A stretch of 64,000 nucleotides of DNA from Candidatus Dormiibacterota bacterium. Lineage in GTDB: Bacteria; Chloroflexota; Dormibacteria; Aeolococcales; Aeolococcaceae. Location of the stretch: assembly GCA_963718525.1 (NCBI GenBank), contig OY970355.1:96001-160000 (forward strand), in the 5' to 3' direction. Positions 42,328 through 52,677 of the stretch are shown here, in pieces. Under the pieces are notes generated by a model. It was not told where the DNA came from. It was given only the letters and a program-made list of their open reading frames with translations, and did not search any database. The stretch's first letter is position 1. Every line of letters starts with the position of its first letter. The position numbers and the translations under genes are program-made.

Positions 42328-42600
42328 CGGGCGAGAGCCTACTAGCCCAGATCGCAGGCCAGGGCACCCGTAGCGCTCCTCCGAACAGAGTTGTTACCGA
42401 GACGTCTGTCTGCTTTCGCCGATAGCGGCGGCCGCACGGCGGCGAGCATCTCGGCGGTCGCTAGGTCGGTGACGACGCAGCATTGCGCAGTCGTGCTGCC
42501 GGCCCGAGGAGGGCCAATGTCTTGCCGCTCAACCGCGACGAGCGGCCTGGCCGAGCAATGTGTCGTGGCCGCCTGGCAAGGCCGTAGAGGGCGACGGCCC

Positions 42601-42629
42601 TCGTCGAGACATTCACGGATGCTCGCGCG
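42601..42629 (+). repeat. 29-bp array site
   Basis: TCGTCGAGACAT-TCACGG-ATGCTCGCGCG. Confidence 0.8.
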
Positions 42630-42694
42630 GGCGACCCTGCATGTCACTGGTGGGTGCCGGGCAAATTAAGGCTGAGATCGCTGAGCCGAAATGC

Positions 42695-43135
42695 TCAGGA
42701 GTTCAATGCCACACCCATTTCGTAAGCGTCGATCGAGGTCGTCTCTTGGAAATCGACCGGCAGTCGGACTAGGAGTGCGGCCGCCCTCAGGGCAGCGTCC
42801 GCGATGTCACTGACTGAGACCGGAGCCGAAGGAACGGTTAGACGAGCGTACGGTGGATTCTTGGTCAGGCCCCAGTCGAAGCCGAAGATCCCCCGCCGCG
42901 CCGGCTCGATCCACGAAGAGTAGTCACAGTCCCCTTCTGGACTTCGGGCGCAAGGGCCAAGGACGGGGAGCATGTCGAGACGCTCAACGGCGGCGTCGAC
43001 TTCGGTCAAATGATCGGCAACAGCTTTCGGTATAGGGCCATAACCTCCGGAGCTGAATAGCCCGACGTGGCCGCGAAAATCTACGCCAAGCCAGTCAAGT
43101 TCGAGGCCTTGTCTAGGATGCGTGAATTGAGGCAT
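42695..43135 (-). CDS. Hypothetical protein (cassette)
   Basis: DWLGVDFRGHVGLFSSGGYGPIP; fills interval between two sites. Confidence 0.7.
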   Translation of the reverse strand: MPQFTHPRQGLELDWLGVDFRGHVGLFSSGGYGPIPKAVADHLTEVDAAVERLDMLPVLGPCARSPEGDCDYSSWIEPARRGIFGFDWGLTKNPPYARLTVPSAPVSVSDIADAALRAAALLVRLPVDFQETTSIDAYEMGVALNS

Positions 43136-43191
43136 CAGCGAAGCTGATCCTGTCACAGAAGTGACGGCTTAAGGCACGATTCCTCTGCCAT

Positions 43192-43220
43192 CTCAAGGTA
43201 CATTTGCGGATGCTGGCCTG
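43192..43220 (+). repeat. 29-bp array site (matches consensus)
   Basis: CTCAAGGTACAT-TTGCGG-ATGCTGGCCTG. Confidence 0.95.
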
Positions 43221-43252
43221 CGTCGCCGTCGCGTCCCTAGCCGAGAAGGTCA

Positions 43253-43969
43253 TCAGTCTACGGTCCAGTTCGTGCGAGACAAGTCTTGGAGTGATCCGGA
43301 CACACTATCGGCATGGGAATCCAGGGGCATTGGCTCCTCGATCGCCACGCGGATAGCCGACATTCCCAATTGTTTCGCGGGAGCGATGTCGAAGCACTCG
43401 GAGTTCCCGATCATCAGACACGCTTTGGAAGGGACCCCTGCTCGTTGCAGGGTCAGGTCGAAGAATCCTTTGCTCGGCTTGCGCCACCGAATATCGACTG
43501 ATGAGGCGACGACGTCAATTAGGCCGTCAAGCTCAAACGACCGAAAATCCGCCCAGTAATCGGCTTCGGTTCGCCAGATGGCGTTCGAGGCGATCACAAT
43601 CCTCGCGCGTCGCGCCTTGAGGACTGTTAGCAAAGCTCGTGCCCCCGGCAACAGGTGGGTAAAGGCCCTAGCCGGCAGGCAACTAGCCGAGCGGATTCTG
43701 TCAGCCTCGATGCCGGTAACGTTGGCGCAGCCCGTCGCCTCGTCAATTGCTTCCCACACATCGAAATACGAGGCGCCTACTGCTCGATCAATCACACGAT
43801 TAAGCTGCCTGCAAAGTTCGGCAGCTCGGTCCTCCGGGACACCCGCGCGGACCAAGCTTAGTCTCCATTCCGCGCTGTCTCGATCGACTGGGTTCAGCAC
43901 CGGCTGCGACCAGAGGGTTCCGCCCACGTCGACCCGTACGGCTCGCGGACCCGAGCTCGTGTCTTGCAA
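43253..43969 (-). CDS. HAD family hydrolase (cassette)
   Basis: DVGGTL motif I, WRKP, MIGNSECFDI. Confidence 0.85.
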   Translation of the reverse strand: MQDTSSGPRAVRVDVGGTLWSQPVLNPVDRDSAEWRLSLVRAGVPEDRAAELCRQLNRVIDRAVGASYFDVWEAIDEATGCANVTGIEADRIRSASCLPARAFTHLLPGARALLTVLKARRARIVIASNAIWRTEADYWADFRSFELDGLIDVVASSVDIRWRKPSKGFFDLTLQRAGVPSKACLMIGNSECFDIAPAKQLGMSAIRVAIEEPMPLDSHADSVSGSLQDLSRTNWTVD

Positions 43970-44050
43970 GGATTTCAGCGATTCTAGTCACCTGCTCGGC
44001 GAGCGCGAATTCCTCGCTGGACCGCCTCGCCTCGCACGCCGCGGTCGCAA

Positions 44051-44079
44051 CGCCGGGTACATTCCCGGACCCTGGCCTG
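44051..44079 (+). repeat. 29-bp array site
   Basis: CGCCGGGTACAT-TCCCGG-ACCCTGGCCTG. Confidence 0.9.
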
Positions 44080-44255
44080 AGCGACGGTGGTCGGCTTGGT
44101 GGGAGGAACGGCCGGGCCCCGCTCAAGGCTCTCGGCAACACACGCGGCTCAGCGGAAACCGCTCTTCAAACCGGAACGTGATGAGCTCGATCCCAAGCCC
44201 TTCCTGAGAGTGACCGTTACCTTCTGGCCCCCTGCCGGGGTCATATGTGCAGAAC

Positions 44256-44798
44256 ATGGCAACGGACGAGCAGGAACTGCCCATGGGGAGGTCGGTCGGC
44301 GTGAGTTCCGAGGAGACCGCGAGCCACGACGAGGCGGCTTTCGAGAAGGCGCTCCTCGCCGCCCTACGACCGGCATTTCGAAGTCTCCGTGCCATCGGCC
44401 TGTCCGAAGAGGACGCTGCCGACGTACTGCAGGATGCCTCGATCCGTGCGTGGCGGCACCGCTCCCAGCGACAGGGTGACTTCGCGGCGTGGTTCATTGC
44501 CATCGCCTATCACGAGGCGCGGCGCCCGCACCGCCGCTGGCCCGCAATCCCGGTCCTATGGCAAGGAGCGAGGAGCTCATCGGAGCAGGAGTGGCGAAAC
44601 GATGACCTCGACCGCGCTCTGGCGCGGCTGCCGACGCGGCAGCGGACCGCGATCTCCCTGCGCTACGGCAGCGACCTGACGATTCTCGATGTCGCCCGCA
44701 CATTGCGCATCAGTGAGCCTGCAGCGAAGCAGTTGCTTGCTAGAGCACGCGAGTCACTCCGTCGAACGCTGTCATCGATTCCGAGAGGTGAGCCATGA
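44256..44798 (+). CDS. ECF sigma factor (cassette)
   Basis: DAADVLQDASIRAW; LARLPTRQR...DVARTLRISE. Confidence 0.88.
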   Translation: MATDEQELPMGRSVGVSSEETASHDEAAFEKALLAALRPAFRSLRAIGLSEEDAADVLQDASIRAWRHRSQRQGDFAAWFIAIAYHEARRPHRRWPAIPVLWQGARSSSEQEWRNDDLDRALARLPTRQRTAISLRYGSDLTILDVARTLRISEPAAKQLLARARESLRRTLSSIPRGEP

Positions 44799-46081
44799 GC
44801 GATGACTTCGATGTGATGTTGGGGACACTGAATTCCCGCCCCCTCACTCCGGCTGAAGAGGGCGCGCTCGCTCGGGTGGAGCTGTTCGTGTCTCGGCACG
44901 ACTTCGCGACGCCCCGACATCCGAGACTTGCGCTCGAGCTCCTCGTTGCCGGCGTCGTCGCCGCGGTGGCGATCACGTTGATCGTGGCGCTCACCCATCA
45001 TTCGGTTCCAACGCCAGCGCCCGCGGGCCACACTCCGGTGCCCATAGCCTCCGCAACCGCGAGCCCTCCCGCTCCAACGAGCCCGCGTCTGGGGCCGGCT
45101 ATTCCGTTGCGCATCACGCAGCAACTGAGCCTTGGCAGCTTCCAGGCCAACGCGATAACCGTTGGTCTGGGCAGCGTGTGGGTTGCAGCTCATAGTCCGG
45201 TATATGGGGACACGGGCAGACTTTTTCGCGTCGATGCGTCGTCGTCTCGCCAGACTGGATACTGGACGGTCGGGGGAGACCCGGAGGCGGTTTCGGCCGC
45301 CGGCAGCTACGTCTGGGTGGCCAACGGCTTCGGCGATGGTTCGCGCGTGTTGCCCGATCAGAACACGGTCATGCAGTTCAACGCTGTCACCGGAGCTCTG
45401 GTGCACGTGTATCGAATCACGAGCCCCATCGCCCTGGTGGCGAATGGAAGCGGCGTACTCGTCGTGTCCTCGCGTACGCAAAATGGTCCGACCGACATAT
45501 ATCTCCTGACCGCCGGACGGTCATCGCTCGTCGCGACCGTGGCGGGGATCTTGCAGGGTCCTTCGCTGTCGGCTGAGGCCGCACTCGCCGTCTGTGGTGG
45601 CCAGGTATACCTGGGCGTGAGCGAGCTGTCTGCGAGCGGACTTCAGACCATCAACATCTACGCGGTCCGCCTGGGCGGCGGACCTGTGCGGAGCCTCGCG
45701 ACGATTCAGCGTGCGTACTGGCCGGTGATGACATGCGATACCAACGCCCTCTACGTCTTCGATGGGGCCGGAGATCTTCCGGTGCTGGTGAGCCCTGTGG
45801 ACGGCAGGACGCGCACGATGCCCGAAGGGTCGGGCGCTTCGGCAGCCGCATTCGAATCCGGGTTCATCTGGCAATTGCACAACGCTTATGGTCCCTCGGG
45901 ATCGCAGGGATCGCAGGGATACCTGTCCGCGCTGGACCCGAACACTGGCCTGGAGTCATCGTCCCGCCTCGCGATTCCGGGCACTGCGTCGTCCGAGGTG
46001 TTCCTACTCGCCCCGGTTGCGTCCGGCTTGTGGGTCGTCGGCGGCAACGAGGCCCTGCTTCTGCACGTGACTTTCGGCTAG
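44795..46081 (+). CDS. Single-TM protein with extracytoplasmic beta-propeller, probable anti-sigma partner
   Basis: ATGA overlap with sigma gene; TM, Pro-rich linker, GSVWVA/YVWVAN repeats. Confidence 0.7.
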   Translation: MSDDFDVMLGTLNSRPLTPAEEGALARVELFVSRHDFATPRHPRLALELLVAGVVAAVAITLIVALTHHSVPTPAPAGHTPVPIASATASPPAPTSPRLGPAIPLRITQQLSLGSFQANAITVGLGSVWVAAHSPVYGDTGRLFRVDASSSRQTGYWTVGGDPEAVSAAGSYVWVANGFGDGSRVLPDQNTVMQFNAVTGALVHVYRITSPIALVANGSGVLVVSSRTQNGPTDIYLLTAGRSSLVATVAGILQGPSLSAEAALAVCGGQVYLGVSELSASGLQTINIYAVRLGGGPVRSLATIQRAYWPVMTCDTNALYVFDGAGDLPVLVSPVDGRTRTMPEGSGASAAAFESGFIWQLHNAYGPSGSQGSQGYLSALDPNTGLESSSRLAIPGTASSEVFLLAPVASGLWVVGGNEALLLHVTFG

Positions 46082-46279
46082 GCCTCCTGAATCCCAACGC
46101 GGCGGACCACGCGTCCACGCCATGATGGCTCACTGTCTCATCGAGTATCCGGCCGACTTTGATCATGCTCTGCGCCACAATTGACGACCTTGCTCCTAGC
46201 GATGACGCCGGGCATCGTCCGTCAGCACCGTCGTGGTATGCCCGTGAACCCTTTAGGTTGGCCCACGGCAACTCACGTC

Positions 46280-46308
46280 CTCGAGGTACATTCGCGGACC
46301 CTCGCCTG
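46280..46308 (+). repeat. 29-bp array site
   Basis: CTCGAGGTACAT-TCGCGG-ACCCTCGCCTG. Confidence 0.92.
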
Positions 46309-46347
46309 TGCCAGCGTTGCCTGCTTCACGCCTTCCGATAGGCGAAT

Positions 46348-46629
46348 CTAGGCAGTCTGCCGCTCAGCGAGCTCTTCAAAAAGGAATCGCGACACGTGTC
46401 GGGCGCCGCGAATGCTACTCGGTACGAATGCACGATCGACCGCGAAAATTACGCCACAGAGCCCGACCGACAACACGCACCCGACCACGCAACTCTCCCA
46501 CGCCGCGAAGCGGGGAGGCGTGAAGGTGCACAAATCACAGGGATATCTCATCGAAGCCATCCAGAGGCCAGCCACGATGCCGGCGGCGATCACCGCCACC
46601 CATTGCATTGCCGTCTGAGCGCTTCTCAC
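46348..46629 (-). CDS. Small two-TM protein with Cys loop (family member 1)
   Basis: GIVAGLW...CDLC...FAAWES; similar to 58529 and 61045. Confidence 0.6.
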   Translation of the reverse strand: MRSAQTAMQWVAVIAAGIVAGLWMASMRYPCDLCTFTPPRFAAWESCVVGCVLSVGLCGVIFAVDRAFVPSSIRGARHVSRFLFEELAERQTA

Positions 46630-46699
46630 GGACTGGAATATACCCGACCGTGTCCAGCGCGTCCCAGCCGCTTGGACGGTGTCAGACGCTCAAAGCCGA

Positions 46700-47010
46700 C
46701 TTGGGGGCGGCGACGACATCAACACCCGGCGTTGGATGTCGGAAGCGGACCTCGCCAATCGTCCCGAACTTGCACGAATCGCAGTGATGAAGCTCGCTCG
46801 TCAGTGGGGCCCGGCAGATTGGGCGCGGGGCCTCGCCGCCTTCGTTACCGCTGGCAAGAGCATTCCTGAGGCCTTCGCCGGCATCGCCGAAGTGGCGATG
46901 CGCCTGTCGCAACGACTGGGCGCCAGCCCGGCGGTCACCGCTGCGATGGGTCACGCTTACGCTCGTTGGGACGGCAAGGTGTTCGCCGATCTGCCGTGCG
47001 GCGATGGAAA
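46700..47010 (+). pseudogene. Internal fragment of an HD-GYP/LuxR-type regulator
   Basis: EVAMRLSQRLG...AYARWDGK resembles the HD-GYP ERWDGxG region; both ends missing. Confidence 0.55.
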
Positions 47011-47075
47011 CTTCGCGCTGAGGTCTGAGGTTCGTCACTCTCGTCTCAATTGCACCGGAAGGAACGCGTGGCAAG

Positions 47076-47645
47076 ATGGAACGCATGCGTGACCGACTTG
47101 CCCGATGGAGCCAGGCAACCATCTACCCTGACATGTGGGCTGACCCGAATGACGATCCCCGCAGCAGCGAAGGAGTCGGTGGCGACGGCGAGCTAGCGAC
47201 GCTGCAGGACTACCTGACGAGGTACCGGATGACCCTGCGGATGAAGTGCGAGGGCCTCTCTCCGGAACAACTGGCCCGTCGGTCGGTTCCGCCGTCGACG
47301 ATGTCGCTGCTGGGGCTGCTCCGCCACCTCACCGAAGTGGAACGGGATTGGCGCAACTGGATCAGCGACGGCGATTCGCTACCGAAGCTGTACGGCGAGC
47401 GGGACGCGGACTTCGAGGGTGCTGTTGCCGAACAGGCGGAGGTCGATGCTGCATACTCCGCTCTCGCGCGCGAGCAGGCCGGGACCGACGCCGTGCTGGC
47501 CCGACACCTGGATCTCAGCGAGCGTCTGGGGAAGGACGGAATCGCCGTTCGCGAGCTGATGGTGCACAGGATCGAGGAGTACGCCCGTCACTGCGGGCAC
47601 GCCGACCTCTTGCGCGAGTGTATCGACGGAAGGGTCGGCCAGTGA
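47076..47645 (+). CDS. DinB/DUF664 family protein
   Basis: STMSLLGLLRHLTEVERDW, EEYARHCGHADLLRECIDG. Confidence 0.9.
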   Translation: MERMRDRLARWSQATIYPDMWADPNDDPRSSEGVGGDGELATLQDYLTRYRMTLRMKCEGLSPEQLARRSVPPSTMSLLGLLRHLTEVERDWRNWISDGDSLPKLYGERDADFEGAVAEQAEVDAAYSALAREQAGTDAVLARHLDLSERLGKDGIAVRELMVHRIEEYARHCGHADLLRECIDGRVGQ

Positions 47646-47765
47646 CGAGGCGCGCGCGTTGCACCTGCCGTCGGAGACGCACCAGGGACCTCGTAGCGGT
47701 CCAGCGTTGTCGGCGCAGCATATCGTCGCCATCCTTTGGGCGCTGCACAAGGCCAAGATGAGCGG

Positions 47766-48410
47766 GTGACTCAGATTCCAGTAGGCCCTCAAGGCCAAGG
47801 CCGAGCGGCCGTGCTGTTCGCAGTGATTTCATCCGCGCTGGCTGTATTCGCTGCGATCCTGCTTGCCACTGAGTTGAGCCAGCCCGCCTACATCATGCCC
47901 GCCTGGGTTGTCGTTGTCGCTGCGATCTGTGTCGTACTGACGATGATCGGGGGTGGTGCCGCAGCGCGCCGCCGCCGAGTAACCCCCTGGCTGGCACCAG
48001 TTATCACATCCGTTCTGCTCCTGGCGAGTCTTGAGGTGTTCATCGTCGCTGTCCCGCTTGCCCTGATATTGCTGGTGCTCGTCGCCGTTCCTTCGCTGCG
48101 CCGGGTCTTAGGTCGCATTCCCTTCGATCAAACGGTGGGCGCCCCGGGCCTCCTGCTCACTGTGGGGCTCGTTCCGCTCTTTCTCCTGATCTTCCTCGGC
48201 CGTCCTGTCGTGGAGTGCACTCCCGGTGGGGTTAGCAGCAGCATCCCGGTCTGGGCTTGGTTCGGCAATGGTGTGGTCGGCGGCCCCGTCGCCAGCTCTG
48301 CCTCCGCCTCATCCGATTCGATCGTCTCAAGGGGCACAGCAACAGTGGGCGGGACCACGTACTCATGGATCTGCCGCGGCAGCACCGTTCAATTCAGTCC
48401 GCACGTGTAA
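47766..48410 (+). CDS. Hypothetical membrane protein (cassette)
   Basis: About 5 TMs plus Cys-flanked C-terminal domain; site 48440 follows the stop. Confidence 0.6.
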   Translation: MTQIPVGPQGQGRAAVLFAVISSALAVFAAILLATELSQPAYIMPAWVVVVAAICVVLTMIGGGAAARRRRVTPWLAPVITSVLLLASLEVFIVAVPLALILLVLVAVPSLRRVLGRIPFDQTVGAPGLLLTVGLVPLFLLIFLGRPVVECTPGGVSSSIPVWAWFGNGVVGGPVASSASASSDSIVSRGTATVGGTTYSWICRGSTVQFSPHV

Positions 48411-48439
48411 TCACGGGCGGACACATGAGACCTCGCGTC

Positions 48440-48468
48440 CTCCAGCGACATGAGCGAATGCTCGCTTG
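48440..48468 (+). repeat. 29-bp array site
   Basis: CTCCAGCGACAT-GAGCGA-ATGCTCGCTTG. Confidence 0.8.
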
Positions 48469-48654
48469 CCCAAGCGCCACGACATGTGGCAACCGGCCGG
48501 CCGAATCTGCTCGCTCCCGGGAGTCCCCTTGACGTGGCGAGGCGGGACCGCTGACGCCGGCCCTGAGCATCCCTCAGCCCGTCTCAACCGCCTTGGTCGC
48601 CCGTGATCCCGCCGACGAGGCGCCGTCAGAACACGCGGTTGATAGATTCGCCAC

Positions 48655-49375
48655 ATGCCTGGCTTCAGCAGCGTCACCGGCTGGCTCCTCGACTCGGATC
48701 CGTCGATCCGTTGGCAGGTGATGCGCGATCTGCTCGACACCCAGGAGTCCGAGTGGCGCGCGGAGCGGTCCAAAGTGGAAACCGAAGGCTGGGGAGCCAA
48801 GCTCCTCTCCCACGAGGACGCAGATGGGCAATGGGCAGGGGGTGCCTTTCTCCCCAGTGATTTCGACGCCCGCGAGTGGGAGGAGGTGGGGCAGCCGTGG
48901 ACGGCCACGACTTTCTCGCTATCGCAGCTTCGCGAGTTCGGCCTCGATCCCTCCTCGGCCCGAGCTCAACGAGCCGTCGCCCTGATCGGGGCCAACTCAC
49001 GCTGGGATGAGGGCGGCCAGCCCTACTGGGAAGGCGAAGTCGAGGAGTGGCGAGGAATATCTGTTGGAGCGCAAGCTATTTCGCCGTCTCAGTACTGGCG
49101 AAGTAGCCGACGAAAGGTTTCTCCAGTTGTTGCATCCAAACCGATGGCGCTACGACATCCTGCGAGCGCTCAACTACTTCTGGTCGGCCGCCGCTCTCAC
49201 CAGTGCCGCGCCAGACCCAAGGCTCGGCGAAGCAATCGACCACGTTCGTCGCAAACGCCTGGAGGAAGGCGCCTGGCCCCTCGACTGGAGTCTGAACGGC
49301 CGCGTCTGGTTCGAAGTGGACGGACAACCTAGCGAGCCTTCTCGCTGGCTGACTCTGAGGCGATGCGAGTTCTGA
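48655..49375 (+). pseudogene. Prenyltransferase/squalene-cyclase-repeat family gene with internal deletion and frameshift
   Basis: WLLDSDPSIRWQVMRDL...YWEGEVEE joined out of frame to GEEYLLERKLFRR...WRYDILRAL. Confidence 0.7.
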
Positions 49376-49499
49376 GATGGTGGGAGACGAAGCCGGGATC
49401 CCCCGTACGCCCGCAGCGACCGGGGCGTGCGCCTTCCTGACTGTCACAACCTGGTGCGCCGAAGGTGGCCGGCCAGTTCCGGCGAATATGGTCGAGGGC

Positions 49500-49961
49500 A
49501 TGCGAAAGGGACTGCCACTTCTCCTGACGGTCTCGTGCATTCTCGTAGGCGTTCAGGCGGCATCATTCCTCGCCTTCGCGGCATTTGGACTGACCCTGGC
49601 CACTAGTCAGCGCATGCTGATCGATGAGATCAGCGGAAGCGCACAGGGAGGATTGCCGTCTCTTACGATCGCTATCGGTTCGGGTGTGATTGGCCTCTTG
49701 CTGGCCGGACTGATCGTGATGCTGGCCCGTCGATCGCGCCTCGGCCGTTGGTTGACCGCGGCGCTCGAGTTGCTCATGCTCCTGTGCGGGCTTGTGTTAT
49801 TTCCCGAGAACATGGCGATCGGTTTCTTTGATCCGATCAGCCTTTGGTTCACTGCGGCCACCGCGGCAGCCGCCTTGATCCTCTTCAGTCTTATCGTCAA
49901 TCGCGGCGTGCGCAGGTACTTCACGTTTAGGAGCGCAACTGCGGCCTCACTTAGCCCCTAG
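49500..49961 (+). CDS. Hypothetical four-TM protein (cassette)
   Basis: Hydrophobic ORF ending VRRYF. Confidence 0.6.
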   Translation: MRKGLPLLLTVSCILVGVQAASFLAFAAFGLTLATSQRMLIDEISGSAQGGLPSLTIAIGSGVIGLLLAGLIVMLARRSRLGRWLTAALELLMLLCGLVLFPENMAIGFFDPISLWFTAATAAAALILFSLIVNRGVRRYFTFRSATAASLSP

Positions 49962-49995
49962 TCGCCTCCTGCAGACACTCATCGACCTGGAGCCG

Positions 49996-50020
49996 CTCAA
50001 GGCACATTCGGCTAGGCCTG
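49996..50020 (+). repeat. Truncated array site
   Basis: CTCAAGGCACAT-TCG-GCTAGGCCTG; right half overlaps the stop of the next gene. Confidence 0.7.
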
Positions 50021-50395
50021 CTCGGGAAGAGGGATCGAATGCCACAGCACCAGCTTCCAGGCGCCGCCGTCGCGACGGAGAATCAGCGTGGTCGGAGCCG
50101 AGATGTGCTGCGGGGTGCCGTGCATCGTGTAGTCCTGATCGATCCAACAGGTGAGCAGCCCTATGTCCCCCCAAATGCGCTCCTCCGCATCTCGAAGTTG
50201 CGTTTCCACATGACTCACTGCGGGCATCAGCTCGCGAAGGAAACTGGCTACGTCGCCTCTGCCGCGCAGCCAGCGTCGCGAGCCCTCGTCGACACTCTGG
50301 ACGTCCTCCGTCAACATCTGCATCATCCGATCAGCATCCAAGGCATCAAGCGCCGCGAAGAAGTCGGTTGCGACACTATTCAGTTCGTCTGGCAT
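50012..50395 (-). CDS. NTF2/SnoaL-like (DUF4440) protein
   Basis: FFAALDALD...TTLILRRDGGAWKLVLWHS. Confidence 0.8.
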   Translation of the reverse strand: MPDELNSVATDFFAALDALDADRMMQMLTEDVQSVDEGSRRWLRGRGDVASFLRELMPAVSHVETQLRDAEERIWGDIGLLTCWIDQDYTMHGTPQHISAPTTLILRRDGGAWKLVLWHSIPLPEQA

Positions 50396-50602
50396 CAAAC
50401 GGTTCCTCCATGGTGGTCGGCGGTTGCGAAGTGTCCATGTATCGGCATCGCCTGTCAATAGTGCTCGATGGTGGCGACTGCCATGACAGGCGACGACCTC
50501 CGGCATGACCGCGGGGCGAGCCACTCGGGCGGTCGCCGCCCGGGAGGTCGGCCCTGGTCGCGCGGCTATCGGGGCCTTCGGCCCAACGTCATGCTTGGTA
50601 CT

Positions 50603-50857
50603 GTGCGGCATGCAACGCAGGAAGACCTTGATCAGGTCGAGCCACTACTGGTGGAGCTCCGCAAGCTTCCCCAGTTGCGAGAGCGCAAGCGTGGTTCCTT
50701 CTCGAGGGGCTCCCGGCCGTTTCTTCACTTCCACGAAGACGGCGGCGAGCTTTACGTCGACGTGAGACTCGACGGCGCGTTCCGTCGCGCGAAAGTCACC
50801 AGCGGCAAGGACCAGGCCGATCTCCTCGCACGTGTGCGCGGGGAGCCACTGGAGTGA
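50603..50857 (+). CDS. Small conserved hypothetical protein
   Basis: LRERKRGSF...FLHFHED..LYVDVRL. Confidence 0.65.
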   Translation: MRHATQEDLDQVEPLLVELRKLPQLRERKRGSFSRGSRPFLHFHEDGGELYVDVRLDGAFRRAKVTSGKDQADLLARVRGEPLE

Positions 50858-50869
50858 TATCACTGACCG

Positions 50870-51859
50870 ATGGTGGCCGAAACGATGACCGGTGTCCGTG
50901 AAGAGCAACCATCCGGCAAGCCCCCGGCACTGATTGTCGACCACCTCACCAAACGCTTCGGCGACCGCATCGCGTTCGACGACGTTTCGTTCTCTGTGGC
51001 ACAGGGCGAGGTGTTCGGGTTCCTGGGACCCAACGGGGCCGGGAAGACGACCACGGTTCGCACCCTGGGGACGCTGATCGCACCAACGTCGGGCTCGGCG
51101 AGTGTCGCCGGCATTCCGTTGACCTCGGACAACGGGCCGGAGATCCGCCAGCGCATTGCGATCATGCCGGAAAACCCGGGCCTGTACCGGCGTCTCACGG
51201 TGATGGAGAACCTCCAACTCTTTGCCGGTCTCTACGAGCAGCACAACGCGGCTGCTCGGATCGGCGAGGCACTCGAAGCGGTCAACCTGACAGCGCGTGC
51301 ACACGATCTGTGCGGAAGTCTTTCCAAGGGACTGCTGCAACGGGTTGGACTGGCTCGGGCGTTGCTCAACGACCCTGCGGTCATGTTTCTCGACGAGCCA
51401 ACGTCCGGGTTGGATCCCGTCGCGACGCGTGAGGTGAACGACCTCATCAACGGACTCCGCCAGCGCGGGGTCACGGTGTTCCTCACCACCCACCGCCTCG
51501 AGGAGGCGGAGCGGCTGTGTGACCGCGTCGCGATCCTCAACACCACGCTCCGCCTGGTGGGGCGGCCCGACGAGCTCCGTGAGCGGCTTTTCAGCCGCTC
51601 GCTGGTTGTCGAGACGTTACATCCGCTCGGCGCGCCAGATGACGTCTTCAACAGCACCGACGGCGTCGAGAGCTGGCGAACCGATGGACCGAGCAGTTAT
51701 GTGCTGAGTGTCACCGATCCAAGGAAGATCGCCCCGCAGGTGGCCCGAGCACTCGTTGCCGCGGGTGCCGACGTGGTCTCGATCAGCGAGTCGCGTCACT
51801 CCCTCGAGGATGTCTACCTGCAGTTGATCGACGACGACCCGGAGGCATCACCTCGATGA
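50870..51859 (+). CDS. ABC transporter ATP-binding protein
   Basis: GPNGAGKTT, LSKG, FLDEPTSG. Confidence 0.93.
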   Translation: MVAETMTGVREEQPSGKPPALIVDHLTKRFGDRIAFDDVSFSVAQGEVFGFLGPNGAGKTTTVRTLGTLIAPTSGSASVAGIPLTSDNGPEIRQRIAIMPENPGLYRRLTVMENLQLFAGLYEQHNAAARIGEALEAVNLTARAHDLCGSLSKGLLQRVGLARALLNDPAVMFLDEPTSGLDPVATREVNDLINGLRQRGVTVFLTTHRLEEAERLCDRVAILNTTLRLVGRPDELRERLFSRSLVVETLHPLGAPDDVFNSTDGVESWRTDGPSSYVLSVTDPRKIAPQVARALVAAGADVVSISESRHSLEDVYLQLIDDDPEASPR

Positions 51860-52677
51860 AGTTCAGCTTCAGACGTCTGGGGGCGGTGCTGCGCAAAGAG
51901 CTCCGAGAATACCGGCGCAGCCCCTTCATCCTCGTGACCATGGCGGTGCTCCCGCTCGTGTTTCTTATCGAACCCTTGTTGACCATCTTTCGCATCGGCC
52001 CGTTGGTCGCGGCTAGTACGGTGGATAAGGCCGTCAGCGCCACGTTTCTCGTACTGCTGATTGCGCCTGCTTTGCTGCCCGCTGTCATTGCCTCGTACTC
52101 CGTGGTCGGCGAGCGCGAGCAAGGCACCCTCGAACCCCTGTTGACCACCCCGCTGCGTCGCGAGGAGCTGCTGCTGGGCAAGGCGATCGGCGTGGTTGTT
52201 CCCGCGGTCGGTATCGCCTATGTGCTCTTCGCGATCATCCAAATCTGCGCCCAACTCTTCGCGAGCAATCCGGAAGTGGTGTCAGCTCTGGGACAAGGCC
52301 CACATATCGCGGCGGAGATTCTCTTCGCACCGCTGCTGGCGGGTTGGTCGATCTGGGTGGGCATCGGCATCTCGACGCGAGCGAGCGACGTTCGTGTCGC
52401 GCAGCAGTTGGGGACGTTGTCGAGCCTGCCGCCGCTCGCGGTCGTGGCCTTGGTGTCCTTCAACGTCTTCACTCCGAGCGTCACGCTCGCGGTGGTGTTC
52501 GCGCTTGTCCTCTTCGCGGCCGACGTCATTCTGTTTCGCTTCGTCGCGGCCCTGTTCGATCGCGAGCGGCTCATCACCGGCGCGTCGGCGCATCGAGGGC
52601 CGAGCGGCGGCGGTCAGGGCCCACCCTCCGGTGCGGTTCGACGGATACCACGCATGACAGGTAGCGGCGATGGGTGA
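51856..52677 (+). CDS. ABC transporter permease
   Basis: VGEREQGTLEPLLTTP motif, 6 TMs. Confidence 0.9.
   Translation: MKFSFRRLGAVLRKELREYRRSPFILVTMAVLPLVFLIEPLLTIFRIGPLVAASTVDKAVSATFLVLLIAPALLPAVIASYSVVGEREQGTLEPLLTTPLRREELLLGKAIGVVVPAVGIAYVLFAIIQICAQLFASNPEVVSALGQGPHIAAEILFAPLLAGWSIWVGIGISTRASDVRVAQQLGTLSSLPPLAVVALVSFNVFTPSVTLAVVFALVLFAADVILFRFVAALFDRERLITGASAHRGPSGGGQGPPSGAVRRIPRMTGSGDG

Noticed and set aside
45898-45921. 9-bp tandem duplication encoding GSQGSQG
   Set aside because: In-frame, two copies only; a trivial slippage event.
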